A stretch of 64,000 nt of DNA, from positions 221,592-285,591 of the forward strand of contig LFCO01000001.1 in NCBI GenBank assembly GCA_001189165.1, given 5' to 3'. Numbering within the stretch: position 1 is the first letter of the stretch; each line of letters begins with the position of its first letter. The notes below the pieces were generated by a model that saw only the letters and a list, made by a program, of their open reading frames with translations, ran no database searches and was not told the DNA's origin. Of this stretch, positions 17,901 through 28,900 are shown in pieces. A program made the position numbers and the translations under genes. This DNA comes from Parcubacteria bacterium C7867-005 (GTDB taxonomy: Bacteria; Patescibacteriota; Minisyncoccia; Phycocordibacterales; Zambryskibacteraceae).

Positions 17901-19823
17901 ATGGAAAAAACCACAAATAGCCCACTAATAGGCACAATAAAGGTCACTGGTAAGGGAGTTGGGTACTTCACCAAACCAGATCTGGAAACAGATTATGAGA
18001 TACAGCCAGAAAATCTACTCACCGCACTAAATGGAGACCATGTCCGAATAGAGGTTCTGGAGCACGAAGTATATGGACGAAAACAGGCAAAAATCCTGGA
18101 GATACTCGAACGCAAGAAGATGGATTTCGTTGGAGTACTTGAGAAAAGCACGGGCGGATTCTTCTTGGTGCCAGACGACAAGAGAATGTACAGGGATATC
18201 TTTATCCCTGAGGCTAATAACATAGGAGCAAATGAGGGAGATAAGGTCCAGGCGCACATCATAAACTGGGTTGATCGGAGCAAGAGTCCGGAAGGCAAAG
18301 TTCTCCGCATTATAGGCAAGAAGGGTGAGCACAACGCAGAAATGCTCGGAATAGTCTATGAAAGCGGATTCGAGATCGACTTCCCAACCGCAGTCGAGGC
18401 AGAGGCTACTGCTTGGGTAGAAAAATACAAAAATGAGGATCACCTTAAAGATCGAAGGGACTTTAGAGAGACCACAACCTTCACCATCGACCCTGCAGAT
18501 GCCAAAGACTTCGACGATGCAATCTCTTTCAAAAAACTCGACAACGGTGATTTTGAAGTTGGTATACACATCGCAGATGTGTCTCATTTTGTCACCCCAA
18601 ACAGCGCTCTGGATAAAGAGGCAATCAAACGAGCCACTTCGATCTACCTAGTAGACCGAACGATCCCCATGCTCCCTGAAGTACTTTCAAATGATCTGTG
18701 TTCATTGAATGCGAATGAACCCAAATACGCCTTCTCTGCTGTATTCATCATAGACAAAGAAGCTCGTGTTAAGGAAAGATGGTTCGGTAAATCCCTTATC
18801 ATCTCCGACAAAAGATTTACATACGAAGAGGCACAGGAAGTTTTAGACAAAAAAGAAGGAGTGCTCGCAGAAGAGCTATTGGCTCTAAATGACCTCGCAT
18901 ATAAACTTCGTGCAGAAAAATTCAAGAATGGAGCAATCGAGTTTGAGACAGAAGAAGTGAAGTTCGAATTGGATACCAAAGGTAAACCAATCCGCGTCTA
19001 TAAAAAAACTCGCAAAGACACACATAAACTGATCGAAGATTTCATGTTGCTCGCGAACCGAGAGGTGGCCAAATATATGTTTGATGCAGGAATCAAAAAC
19101 CCAAAGATGGCGTTTGTATACAGAATCCACGATGCACCAAACAAAGAAAGAATCATGGACCTCGCTACTTTCGTCAAAGCGCTCGGCTTTGAACTAAAGA
19201 ACCAAGACGGAGAGACGACTGGAGAAGACATCAGTAGGATGCTCAAGTCAGTCGAGGGGTCACCCGCAGAGATGCTTATAAAAACCGCCGCCATCCGTTC
19301 TATGCAGAAAGCGATCTACTCTACTTCAAACATCGGGCACTTTGGCTTGGCTTTCGAATACTACACACACTTTACCTCTCCTATCCGTAGATACCCAGAT
19401 TTGATGGTGCATAGACTTGTACAAAGACATCTGACTGGTGGCAAGATTGAACAAGATGAAGTGATCAAATACCAAATGCTTTGTGATGTATCGACTGATA
19501 GAGAAATAGATGCCTCGGAAGCAGAGCGATCTTCAATCAAATACAAACAAGTTGAATACATGCAGGATCATATTGGCGAAGAATTCGATGCATCAGTATC
19601 TGGAGTCTCTGAATGGGGTGTATATGTAGAAGAAGTGAATACCAAAGCCGAAGGTATGGTCAAACTAAGAGATATGAATGACGATTTCTATGAATTGGTG
19701 GAGAAGGCGTATGCTATCGTTGGTAAAAACACAGGCAAGAAATATTCTCTTGGAGACAAAGTTAGAGTCAAGCTTGTCGCTTCTGATCCGGAACGCAAAA
19801 CCTTAGATTTTCAGTTTATTTAG
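17901..19823 (+). CDS. rnr: Ribonuclease R (RNB family exoribonuclease)
   Basis: TIDPADAKDFDDAIS, HIADVSHFV, IEDFMLLAN, YTHFTSPIRRYPDL, C-terminal S1 domain; start at ATG 17901 behind TGGTATAGT. Confidence 0.95.
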   Translation: MEKTTNSPLIGTIKVTGKGVGYFTKPDLETDYEIQPENLLTALNGDHVRIEVLEHEVYGRKQAKILEILERKKMDFVGVLEKSTGGFFLVPDDKRMYRDIFIPEANNIGANEGDKVQAHIINWVDRSKSPEGKVLRIIGKKGEHNAEMLGIVYESGFEIDFPTAVEAEATAWVEKYKNEDHLKDRRDFRETTTFTIDPADAKDFDDAISFKKLDNGDFEVGIHIADVSHFVTPNSALDKEAIKRATSIYLVDRTIPMLPEVLSNDLCSLNANEPKYAFSAVFIIDKEARVKERWFGKSLIISDKRFTYEEAQEVLDKKEGVLAEELLALNDLAYKLRAEKFKNGAIEFETEEVKFELDTKGKPIRVYKKTRKDTHKLIEDFMLLANREVAKYMFDAGIKNPKMAFVYRIHDAPNKERIMDLATFVKALGFELKNQDGETTGEDISRMLKSVEGSPAEMLIKTAAIRSMQKAIYSTSNIGHFGLAFEYYTHFTSPIRRYPDLMVHRLVQRHLTGGKIEQDEVIKYQMLCDVSTDREIDASEAERSSIKYKQVEYMQDHIGEEFDASVSGVSEWGVYVEEVNTKAEGMVKLRDMNDDFYELVEKAYAIVGKNTGKKYSLGDKVRVKLVASDPERKTLDFQFI

Positions 19824-22068
19824 CTACTTCGGCAGCTTCGTCAAAAGAGATGGAGAGGAGTTTGGATATACCAGATGAACCCATCGTGACACCATAAATA
19901 ACCCCTGCACGACTCATGGTCTCTCTGTTGTGGGTGATGAGTATGAGTTGTGAGTGAGCTGAGAGCTTCTCTACCATATCTCCATATCGTTTGGAGTTAG
20001 CTTCATCAAGCGCGGCATCCGTCTCATCCAAGATAATAAATGGAGGGGGATTCACTTGAGAAATGGCAAACAGGAGAGCGATAGAAGTAAGAGCCCTTTC
20101 TCCGCCCGAAAGCATCAACAGTCCTCTGATCTTCTTCCTAGGAAGATTCACAGATATGTCCAGACCTTCTTCAACTACCTCTGCGTCACCATCCAAATCA
20201 TCACCGATATCTGCATCTGCGTCTTCGATCAAAACATCTTTTTTCTTTTTCTTTTCTTTGGTTAATACAAGATGAGCATCACCACCTCCGAACATGGTAT
20301 TAAATAAACCATTGAATTCTGAATTTATTTTATCTATACCCGAAGAAAACTCTACAGCCAACCTCTCTTCTAGATCCTTGATCAATGAGTGTAGAGACTC
20401 TGCAGATTTCTCTAGATCCAAAAGTTCACGAGTCAAAAATTCATCCCTCTCGGTCACATCTTTGTACTCTTTCAATACCTCCTCGCTGCCAGAGAGACCT
20501 GAATCCTCTAACCGAATTTTGAGTTTCTCTATTTCTCTCTTTCTTTCTTCTTGAATTTTTCTATCCTCTGCTACCACACTTACCTCATCCCCCACATCGA
20601 TACTTTTGAATTGTAGTGCCTCTCGCCCGACAAGAAAACCAACCTCCTCAACCTCCCTCATCAATTCATCTGCATCCTTCTTTAGACTTTCCTCTCTGAC
20701 TTTGATGATATTGAGCTTGGATATAAGATCGTTCTCTTCAGACATAATTCTGAAAACAGCTTTCTCAGCATCACGGCCAGAGTCTTTACCTTCTTCTATT
20801 TTTTGTTTAAGTTCTTCGTACTGAATGCGGAGATCGGCTTCTCTCTTTTCTGCTTTTTGGATCTCTGTTTCGAGTTTAGCTTTTTCTTTTTGGAGCTCTT
20901 TTATATGCTCCTCTGCTTCAACAATCAGACTCGAATCGGCTGATTCTTTATGGCCTTTAATAAATAGGAGGAGTTTACTGACGATGTTTTTGATAACAGA
21001 AACAGGACTCTCATTATCCTCTGGTTTGATTTCCTTTAGAGATTCTGCAAATTCCTCTACCTCTTTCAAACGTATCATCTTGTGTTCGTCAGAAGTGTGG
21101 AGCTCTCTCTGTTTGCGGATCACCCTCTCTTCGGCGGCAAGCGAGCCCTCGACCCTACCGAACTCTCGTGTTAATCCGTCTTTATGTGCTCTGGCGCCCG
21201 TGATCTCTGCTTCAAGGTCAAGTATGAGATAGTCCTTTTTGTCTTCCTTTGCTAATTTTTCTAATGTTGCTTTGGCAACAGCCAACTCTCTGCTTAAATC
21301 CTTTAGAGAAGATTCGATTGGTGTACGCTCGGATTCGAGGGCTGTTTTAGTAAACCCAACATAAAGATCCTCTCGTTTAAAATAATCTCTGGAAAGATTT
21401 AGTAGTTCATCTTTCATTCCCACAGCTTTCTCTACCTTCTCTACTTGTTTTCGGAGAAACCTAAGGTGGGGGGCAATTTCCTTTCGGAGTGATTCAACCT
21501 GAGCGATGTTCTCAAAAGTTTTCTTGAGTTTACGATCACTCTCTACTCTTTTGTATTGATAAATACGCAAACCGAGCGCATCTTCAATCATGGATTTTCT
21601 TTCTTTAGATGATGAGTTGAGTATTTTGTCTGCTTCACCTTGAGAGATGATGTGGTGACCCGATGCTCCGATATGAGCACGAAGAAGTAGCTCGATCACA
21701 TCCTTTAACCTCACACTACTACCGTTTATAAGGTAGTCGTTCACCCCATCTCTATGGACCACGCGTTCTATGGTCACCTCTGGGAAATCTATACCGAATA
21801 CTTGATTTGAATTATCAAAGGTTACCTTAACCGAAGCACGGTTTGCTCTCGACTCATTCCCCCCACCATTAAATATAAGATCCTCTCCCTTTTTACCGCG
21901 GAGTGATTTGATGGATTGTTCTCCTAGGACAAAACGAAATGCTTCGGCTACGTTTGATTTACCAGAGCCGTTTGGTCCGACTATAGCAGATACGGACGAG
22001 TTAAAAACGAGCTCGCTCGACTTGGCAAACGATTTAAAACCAGATAATTCAATAGATTTTAAATACAT
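19816..22068 (-). CDS. smc: SMC-family ATPase, short (750 aa)
   Basis: MYLKSIELSGFKSF, Walker A GPNGSGKSN, Q-loop IISQG, LSGGE signature, Walker B IILDE, ITH; follows rnc. Confidence 0.9.
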   Translation of the reverse strand: MYLKSIELSGFKSFAKSSELVFNSSVSAIVGPNGSGKSNVAEAFRFVLGEQSIKSLRGKKGEDLIFNGGGNESRANRASVKVTFDNSNQVFGIDFPEVTIERVVHRDGVNDYLINGSSVRLKDVIELLLRAHIGASGHHIISQGEADKILNSSSKERKSMIEDALGLRIYQYKRVESDRKLKKTFENIAQVESLRKEIAPHLRFLRKQVEKVEKAVGMKDELLNLSRDYFKREDLYVGFTKTALESERTPIESSLKDLSRELAVAKATLEKLAKEDKKDYLILDLEAEITGARAHKDGLTREFGRVEGSLAAEERVIRKQRELHTSDEHKMIRLKEVEEFAESLKEIKPEDNESPVSVIKNIVSKLLLFIKGHKESADSSLIVEAEEHIKELQKEKAKLETEIQKAEKREADLRIQYEELKQKIEEGKDSGRDAEKAVFRIMSEENDLISKLNIIKVREESLKKDADELMREVEEVGFLVGREALQFKSIDVGDEVSVVAEDRKIQEERKREIEKLKIRLEDSGLSGSEEVLKEYKDVTERDEFLTRELLDLEKSAESLHSLIKDLEERLAVEFSSGIDKINSEFNGLFNTMFGGGDAHLVLTKEKKKKKDVLIEDADADIGDDLDGDAEVVEEGLDISVNLPRKKIRGLLMLSGGERALTSIALLFAISQVNPPPFIILDETDAALDEANSKRYGDMVEKLSAHSQLILITHNRETMSRAGVIYGVTMGSSGISKLLSISFDEAAEVAK

Positions 22069-22104
22069 GAATTATCAAATTATAACACGTTGAACTATCA
22101 GATT

Positions 22105-22794
22105 TTAATCCCAACCTTTCTTTTTGAGAGCATCTCTGGCAGCACCCTGTTCTGCATCTTGCTTGCTCTGTCCTTCACCCTGACCAATAAGTTCTTTGCC
22201 GATATAAACTCCAACAGTAAAAACCTTGTCGTGATCTGGACCAGATTCTTTGAGGCTCTTGTACGAAGGAGTGAGGCTCTCGTGCTCCTGTGCTTTTTCC
22301 TGGAAAAGAGATTTGGCATCTATCCAACTCTTTTGATCGATGATCATCTCTGTAAGTGGAATAATGTGTGCAACGACAAAGTCCCTCGCGGAGTCAAATC
22401 CCTGGTCAATATAAATCGCCCCGATTATAGCCTCGAAGGTGTTCGCGAGTATGTACTGACGAGCCCGACCCATGTCTTTGGATTCTCCACGAGAAAGTAG
22501 GAGAAAGTCATTGGCTCCGAGCTTTTGAGCGACAACTGAACAGGTGTCTGCATTCACCAAAGCAGAGCGCAGACTGGTGAGTTCCCCTTCATCTTTTTCT
22601 GGGAAAGTTTTATATAAATAATCCGTTGTGACAAGTTCAAGAACTGCATCACCCAAAAACTCTAGACGTTCGTTGTGCCCTAGACCAAGATTTCTGTTTT
22701 CGTTTATATATGAACGGTGAGTAAAAGCCTGCTTTAAAAGAGCTTTGTCTTGGAACACTACACCGGCCGTTTCTTCAAATTTGGATAAATCCAT
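22105..22794 (-). CDS. rnc: Ribonuclease III
   Basis: HNERLEFLGDAVL signature and C-terminal dsRBD. Confidence 0.98.
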   Translation of the reverse strand: MDLSKFEETAGVVFQDKALLKQAFTHRSYINENRNLGLGHNERLEFLGDAVLELVTTDYLYKTFPEKDEGELTSLRSALVNADTCSVVAQKLGANDFLLLSRGESKDMGRARQYILANTFEAIIGAIYIDQGFDSARDFVVAHIIPLTEMIIDQKSWIDAKSLFQEKAQEHESLTPSYKSLKESGPDHDKVFTVGVYIGKELIGQGEGQSKQDAEQGAARDALKKKGWD

Positions 22795-22809
22795 GGGTCT
22801 TGTATACCT

Positions 22810-23724
22810 TTACTTACTCTTTTCTGCAAGAAGAGTGATGGCCTTGGTCACTATGGGAAGAATATCATCATAAAAATTCAGATCGAGTATTTCGGAAAGT
22901 TTGAACCATCTGACATCGTCCAATCCCCCTTTTTCTTCTTTCTTTTCCAAGGTTAGTTCTTGGTAAGGTGCTTCCGCCAAAAAATAAACAACTTTTTTCA
23001 AAATTTTTCCTTTCTCTGGATGATAGGTAGAGTATGCATTTTCACCGAGTTTCTCTTTGACTTCTATGGGTACACCAAGCTCCTCTCGAGCTTCTCTAAT
23101 AAGGCCTTCTTCTTCAGTTTCCTCGCCCTCGAGCTTACCTTTGGTCAGTGTCCAATGGCCAAATATGTCGTGTACGAATGCGAGGTAAGTTGTACCCTCA
23201 TCGTGTGCATATACAACAGCTCCAGCAAGACGCTCTACGGGCAGTTCAGAATCGGGCACGTTACCATACTTTTTCTTTGGTCGAGGCTTCTCATCTTTAC
23301 CCGGTTCACCCATTTCTTTATAAACAGCCCCCAAAACACCATTAACAAATTTACCCGAAGTCTCTCCGCCAAATGATTTGGCTAACTCTATCGCTTCATT
23401 GATAGCTACCTTTGGTGGAACTTCAGCCCGATCAGAAAACAATAATTCTGATAAACCAATACGCAAGATATTTCTGTCTACAATAGATATTTTCTCTAAA
23501 GGCCAGTCAGGTGCAGCCTTCTCTATGAGCAGATCAAGGTCTTTTTGTTTGTCTAATACTTGGTTCAATAATCCATCCATAAAAGGACGATCATTCGAAC
23601 CTGGAGCAAATTCAGCTAAATTTCTTTCAAAAATAGAGTCAACGTTCTCTTTTTTATTTTTATCAAAATCCCATTCAAATAAGGTCTGAAGTACAACTGA
23701 GCGTGATAGGTGACGTTGTGCCAT
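22810..23724 (-). CDS. nusB: NusB antitermination factor fused to a C-terminal Nudix hydrolase domain
   Basis: VDRNILRIG, PPKVAINEAIELAKSFG, FVNGVLG, then Nudix box KGKLEGEETEEEGLIREAREELG. Confidence 0.93.
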   Translation of the reverse strand: MAQRHLSRSVVLQTLFEWDFDKNKKENVDSIFERNLAEFAPGSNDRPFMDGLLNQVLDKQKDLDLLIEKAAPDWPLEKISIVDRNILRIGLSELLFSDRAEVPPKVAINEAIELAKSFGGETSGKFVNGVLGAVYKEMGEPGKDEKPRPKKKYGNVPDSELPVERLAGAVVYAHDEGTTYLAFVHDIFGHWTLTKGKLEGEETEEEGLIREAREELGVPIEVKEKLGENAYSTYHPEKGKILKKVVYFLAEAPYQELTLEKKEEKGGLDDVRWFKLSEILDLNFYDDILPIVTKAITLLAEKSK

Positions 23725-23776
23725 AAAAAGAGCAGAGAAAACTTAGATATAAATACTTTCTATCAAACACCAAAGA

Positions 23777-23998
23777 CTAGCGAGCGTTAGCCTTCTCTTT
23801 GGTCTTTGATGCCTTTCGAACCGCACGAGCCCCCATATCCACAACCTTACGACCACGATAGATTCCTGTGGTTGGGCTCATACGGTGGCGGAGATGCGGG
23901 TTACCCGAAGAATCCTCGGCTATAGCCGGATTAGAGAGAGCGTGGTGAGATCGCCTTTGTTTAGTCTGCGACCTCGTGTGTCTCATTCGTACTGTCAT
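23777..23998 (-). CDS. rpmF: 50S ribosomal protein L32 (no Zn-binding cysteines)
   Basis: RHTRSQTKQRRSHHAL..HLRHR..GIYRGRKV; upstream of nusB-rnc. Confidence 0.9.
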   Translation of the reverse strand: MTVRMRHTRSQTKQRRSHHALSNPAIAEDSSGNPHLRHRMSPTTGIYRGRKVVDMGARAVRKASKTKEKANAR

Positions 23999-24024
23999 AA
24001 AAAGAGTCTACCAAAAACCTTGAT

Positions 24025-24061
24025 AAAAAGAAAGTCCGCCACCCAAAGATGGGTAACGGAC
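24025..24061 (-). terminator. Intrinsic terminator of orphan gene 4
   Basis: Minus strand GTCCGTTACCCA-TCTT-TGGGTGGCGGAC-TTTCTTTTT. Confidence 0.8.
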
Positions 24062-24070
24062 CTCTTCTGA

Positions 24071-24538
24071 CTACGCGTGGACCAGGGACCTCAAACGCTT
24101 GAGGGCTTTCCCAGCGGCGACCCCATGTTCCCCGAACAAGACCGTCTGAGCCTCCTCGAGGCTGATCAGATACGGGGCAGACATCCAGTCGTTCCCGATG
24201 ATGATCTCTTCGGTGCGCATGGTCCCCACCATGGCCGAACGCTCGACCAGATAGAAACACTTGATATGCCCGTTCGCGGACGGCGGCGGTGAATGGATCA
24301 GGAGCCCGTCGTTCCTCGATCGGATTGACATGTTGGTCTCCTCGGGGACTTCGCGGTCTCGAGTATCGAGCACGCTTTGGTCCTCCGGGTGACCTTCTTC
24401 AGTGCCGCCAGGGGCCTTCACCTTGGTTGGCCCCTTCGTGCCGTCCTTCTTGACCACAGCGCATTTCATCACCCAGACCATCCACTCACCATCGATGAGT
24501 TCGACGATCAGAGCAGCGGCAAACCAGCGAGCGGCCAC
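24071..24538 (-). CDS. GC-rich divergent Nudix-like protein (155 aa)
   Basis: GTG start after GGAGG; PGGTEEGHPEDQSVLDTRDREVPEETNM resembles a Nudix box; own promoter and terminator. Confidence 0.65.
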   Translation of the reverse strand: MAARWFAAALIVELIDGEWMVWVMKCAVVKKDGTKGPTKVKAPGGTEEGHPEDQSVLDTRDREVPEETNMSIRSRNDGLLIHSPPPSANGHIKCFYLVERSAMVGTMRTEEIIIGNDWMSAPYLISLEEAQTVLFGEHGVAAGKALKRLRSLVHA

Positions 24539-24594
24539 GTGACCTCCAGTCAGAAGTAAATGAGCGAAATTCGCAGTATGCGAAGTTTGCCTTT

Positions 24595-24623
24595 ATAATA
24601 TCACTATTTTATATAAAAGTCAA
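24595..24623 (-). promoter_or_regulatory. sigma70 promoter of orphan gene 4 (-35 inside the last codons of rnhB)
   Basis: Minus strand TTGACT-17 nt-TATTAT with TG extension. Confidence 0.65.
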
Positions 24624-25196
24624 GTTCTTTGTGAAGCTCTTTCTATGGGATTTTGAGAGACCATATTTTTTGATATTTTGTCTGTGGAGAAGGGTCCCGT
24701 ACCCCTTGTGGACTTCAAAACTATATTGTGGATATTTCTTACCTAATCTCTCCATATACCTATCTCTGGTCTCTTTGGCGCAGACAGAGGCAAGTGAGAT
24801 GACTGGTATTTTCTCATCCCCTCTTATAATAGTCTTCTGTTTTTTGAACTCTTTGGGAGCGTGAAGCGACCCATCTAGAAATATTTGTGAAGTTATCTTG
24901 ACTCTTAGTTTCCGTAAACATTTACTCATCCCTAGATTTATCGCATAAACTATTCCTCTCTTGTCTATCACTTTCTCTGATATTAAAGATACAGCGAAGT
25001 CGAGTTTCTTTTCTTTTTTTAATCCTTTGGTACGAGCAAACCACATGGCGCGATCCTTGCTGGTCAGTTTCTTTGAATCCCTTATCCCTCTAAAAAATTT
25101 CTTGTCGAATTTCGAATTTATTCTAACCACACCCACCGCCACCGGACCCGCAAGTGGCCCCCTTCCCGCCTCGTCTATGCCTACAAGGTATTTCAT
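24609..25196 (-). CDS. rnhB: Ribonuclease HII
   Basis: GIDEAGRGPLAGPV, RDSKKL, LASVCAK..RD, HKGYGT, HRKSF. Confidence 0.96.
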   Translation of the reverse strand: MKYLVGIDEAGRGPLAGPVAVGVVRINSKFDKKFFRGIRDSKKLTSKDRAMWFARTKGLKKEKKLDFAVSLISEKVIDKRGIVYAINLGMSKCLRKLRVKITSQIFLDGSLHAPKEFKKQKTIIRGDEKIPVISLASVCAKETRDRYMERLGKKYPQYSFEVHKGYGTLLHRQNIKKYGLSKSHRKSFTKNLTFI

Positions 25197-25199
25197 CTC

Positions 25200-25682
25200 T
25201 TAAAGCGGGTTACAAACACAATAATAGGCATTGGATGATGCGGTGCACCAATTATTTACCCCTGACGCCCACGGTCTACACGAACCAGGATAACCAGTTG
25301 ATGCGGGGGAGGCTTCCAAAGTCGTGACGAGTAAGCCACCAATAGATTGCCCTGTATAATAGTTATAATACTGATATGTATGATTTGTCGGAGCAACAGG
25401 AACTGAGCTTAAAAAACCCTCAGACACAAGCTGTTGCGCCATGCTATCAAAATTTTGTGTATATGGACCGTTCGGCCCAACTACTGTCTGATTTGGGTAA
25501 GCATTGTATTTTTCTCTATATAAAAATAAAGCGGTTTTTATTTGATTAAACTGAGCAATAACCCTAGCATCTCTAGATTTTGCACGTGCAGTGCCCAAGG
25601 AGCCCAGAACAACTGAAGATAAGAAACCGATGATTGAAATGACAACCATAAGTTCTATTAGCGTGAATCCTTTTTTTATCAT
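25200..25682 (-). CDS. Type IV pilin / T2SS pseudopilin-like protein
   Basis: Class III signal KKG|FTLIELMVVISIIG; ARAKSRDARV; Cys-rich C-terminus. Confidence 0.9.
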   Translation of the reverse strand: MIKKGFTLIELMVVISIIGFLSSVVLGSLGTARAKSRDARVIAQFNQIKTALFLYREKYNAYPNQTVVGPNGPYTQNFDSMAQQLVSEGFLSSVPVAPTNHTYQYYNYYTGQSIGGLLVTTLEASPASTGYPGSCRPWASGVNNWCTASSNAYYCVCNPL

Positions 25683-25933
25683 AGGAATTTTGTCTGATCA
25701 ACCTGCCTAATATCAATTTCATTTGATCCACCTCCACCATTGAAAACATTGAAAGAAATAGAAAAAATAGTGCCGACGACAAAAAGGATAGTTGAACCTA
25801 TAAACACAATGTTTGCCTGCACCTGATTTTTCACTAAACCTGTCCTTATGACTAAGCCAGTCAGACCCCTATAAATACGTTGGCTACGACTATATTGATT
25901 GACTATATCTTCTTCAAATTGGACATTGCTCAT
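25679..25933 (-). CDS. Small single-pass membrane protein
   Basis: 84 aa with one TM (IVFIGSTILFVVGTIFSISF); 4-nt overlap with the pilin gene. Confidence 0.7.
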   Translation of the reverse strand: MSNVQFEEDIVNQYSRSQRIYRGLTGLVIRTGLVKNQVQANIVFIGSTILFVVGTIFSISFNVFNGGGGSNEIDIRQVDQTKFL

Positions 25934-25973
25934 GGTCTTATGTGGGGACTCTTGTCTATATTATACTATCCAT

Positions 25974-28900
25974 ATGAGTAAACTCACCCACCTCCACACC
26001 CACAGTCACTACTCTCTCCTCGAAGCTCTGCCCAAAATCCCGGACCTTGTTAAAACTGCCAAGAAAATGGGTATGGAATCCCTTGCTCTAACAGACTCGG
26101 GCAATCTCTATGGGGCCATAGAATTCTATAAGGAATGTAGGGATGCGGGTATCAAACCCATAATCGGCCTTGATGCGTATGTAGCGGTAAGGGGTTTAAA
26201 AGATAAAGAAGCGAGGATAGATAACCAGAGATCGCGCCTGGTTTTACTTGCAAAAGACGAGACGGGTTACAGAAATCTGATCAAGCTAGTAACAATATCG
26301 AACTTTGAAGGTTTTTATTATAAACCCAGAATCGACAAAGAGCTGTTGGAAAAGTACGCGGACGGACTCGTGGTCATCATGCCGAGTTTTTCTGGAGAAG
26401 TTATCAAGACCCTCACGCCCGGCGATGAAGACCGAGCAAAAAGAACAATCGAGTGGTACAAAAAAATCTTTGGTGAAGATAATTTCTTCTTAGAGATAAC
26501 TCACCACAAAGAGATCGGTGGCCATGAAGAAAAAATGGTAAGGCTTTTGAAATTTGCTGAAGAGACGAAAACAAAGATAGTCGCAGCACATGACGTTTAT
26601 TATCTAGATCCAGAGGACAAACCAGCAAGAGACACTATGCTCTCTATCCAAAGCCATGTAGGGAAAGATACTGTTAGGAGCATGAATGACGAAGAAGAAA
26701 ATTTTTCTTTTCTATCGACCAAAGAAATGGCAAAGTTATTCAAAGATACTCCGGAAGCATTGGAAAATATCGAGGTAATCGTGTCTAAATGTAATCTTGA
26801 ATTAAAATTGGGCTCTTGGGTGTTCCCCAAATACATAGTAGAGAGTGGTAAAACGTATGATGATGAACTGCGTGAATTAGTTTACAAAGGATTTGAATAC
26901 AGAAATGTAAAAAAAACGAAAGAAGTTTTAGATCGAGTCGAATACGAGCTGAAAGTCATCAAAGACAAGGGGTACTCTCCTTACTTCTTGGTGGTGGGAG
27001 ATCTTCTGCATTATGCGCATGACCATGGGATACTCACCAACATCAGAGGGTCAGTGGCTGGATCTATGGTCACTTATCTCGCGCGTATTACAAATGTTAA
27101 TCCGATTGAATACAAGTTACCCTTCGAGAGATTCTTGAATCCCGATCGACCGTCTGCTCCCGATATAGATATGGACTTTGCAGATAATCGTAGAGACGAG
27201 ATTATAGAATACGCTCGAACAAAATACGGCAGAGATAACGTGGCACAGATAGGAACATTCGGCACCATGATGGCCAGAGGTGCTGTAAGGGATGTTGCTC
27301 GCGCTATGAACTTCGCATACGGAGTAGGAGACCAGATAGCCAAATTAATACCCGTCGGCGCACAGGGATTCCCCATGACTCTGGACCGTGCGATGAAAGA
27401 AAATGCTGATCTAAAGAAACTATACAATTCTGATCCAGATACAAAAACTATCATCGACATGGCAAAAAAGATCGAGGGATGTGCTAGGCACATCTCCGTT
27501 CATGCAGCCGGAGTAGTAATCTCCCCTGGCCCGCTCACCGACTATACACCTCTCCAGTTCGATACGAAGGGTGAGAATAAAATAATCACCCAGTATGACA
27601 TGTATTCGATCGAGGAAGCGGGACTGCTTAAATTTGACTTCTTGGGTATAAAAAATCTTTCTATAATTGCTGATGCTATAGATCGTATTAAAAAAATAGA
27701 AGGAACTGTAGTGGATATAGAGAACATACCACTCGATGACAAAAAAACTTTTGCCATGCTATCAAGAGGGGAAACTGAAGGAACTTTCCAATTAAACGGA
27801 GATGGCATGACACAGTTCCTCGTCAAACTAAAACCGTCAAGCATTCATGACATCAACGCAATGGTGGCACTGTACAGACCTGGCCCCATAGAAACAATAC
27901 CGTCATATATTGAGCGAAAACATAATCCTGAACTCATCAAATATCTCGATCCTCGCATGAAAGAATTTTTGGATTTCTCTTATGGAGTGATCGTGTACCA
28001 AGATGATGTGCTTCTGACTGCGATCAGGCTCGCTGGCTATAACTGGGTTGAGGCAGACAAACTACGTAAAGCCATGGGTAAAAAAATCCCTGAGGTCATG
28101 CAAGCAGAGAAGGAGAAACTGACAAAAGGTTTTATTGAATTTGGTAAATTGACTCCAGAGCTCAGTGAAAAAATCTGGAAGCTCATAGAACCATTCGCAG
28201 CATATGGATTCAACAAGGCTCATGCAGCGAGCTATGGACGAATGGCCTATCAGACGTCTTATCTTAAGGCGAACTTCCCCGCTATCTATATGTCGGCTGT
28301 ACTAACAGCAGACTCCGGTGATGTAGAGAGGATTGGAGTGATGATCGCTGAATGTAAAAGAATGGGAATAGAAGTTTTACCTCCATCAGTAAACGAAAGC
28401 TATTCTCAGTTCACTGTGGTGAATGATCCTCCACACCCATACAAAATTCGCTTTGGGTTAACTACCATAAAAAACTTTGGACAAGGTATATCCACCTCTA
28501 TCATCGAAGAAAGAAAGCGGGGGGGTAAATTCAAAACACTGGTAGATTTTTTGGATCGAATAAAAGATAAAAATCTAAACAAAAAATCACTTGAGGCCTT
28601 GATCAGATCAGGAGCAATGGATGAATTCGGCGACCGAGGAATACTCGGCGGTAATATAGAAAACCTGTTGGCCTACAACAAAGAACGTGCGAGAGAATCA
28701 GGAGAACAAGAATCTCTTTTTGGCTTGATGTCTGATACATCTACCCTACCAACGCTCAAATTGATTGAGGCAAAAGAAGCAACTAAAAAAGAAAAATTGT
28801 TATGGGAAAAGGATCTTCTTGGATTATATATTTCTGGACACCCCTTAGAAGAGTTCAAAGATAAGATGGAAAAAGGTGACAACACCATAAAAAAGCTCAT

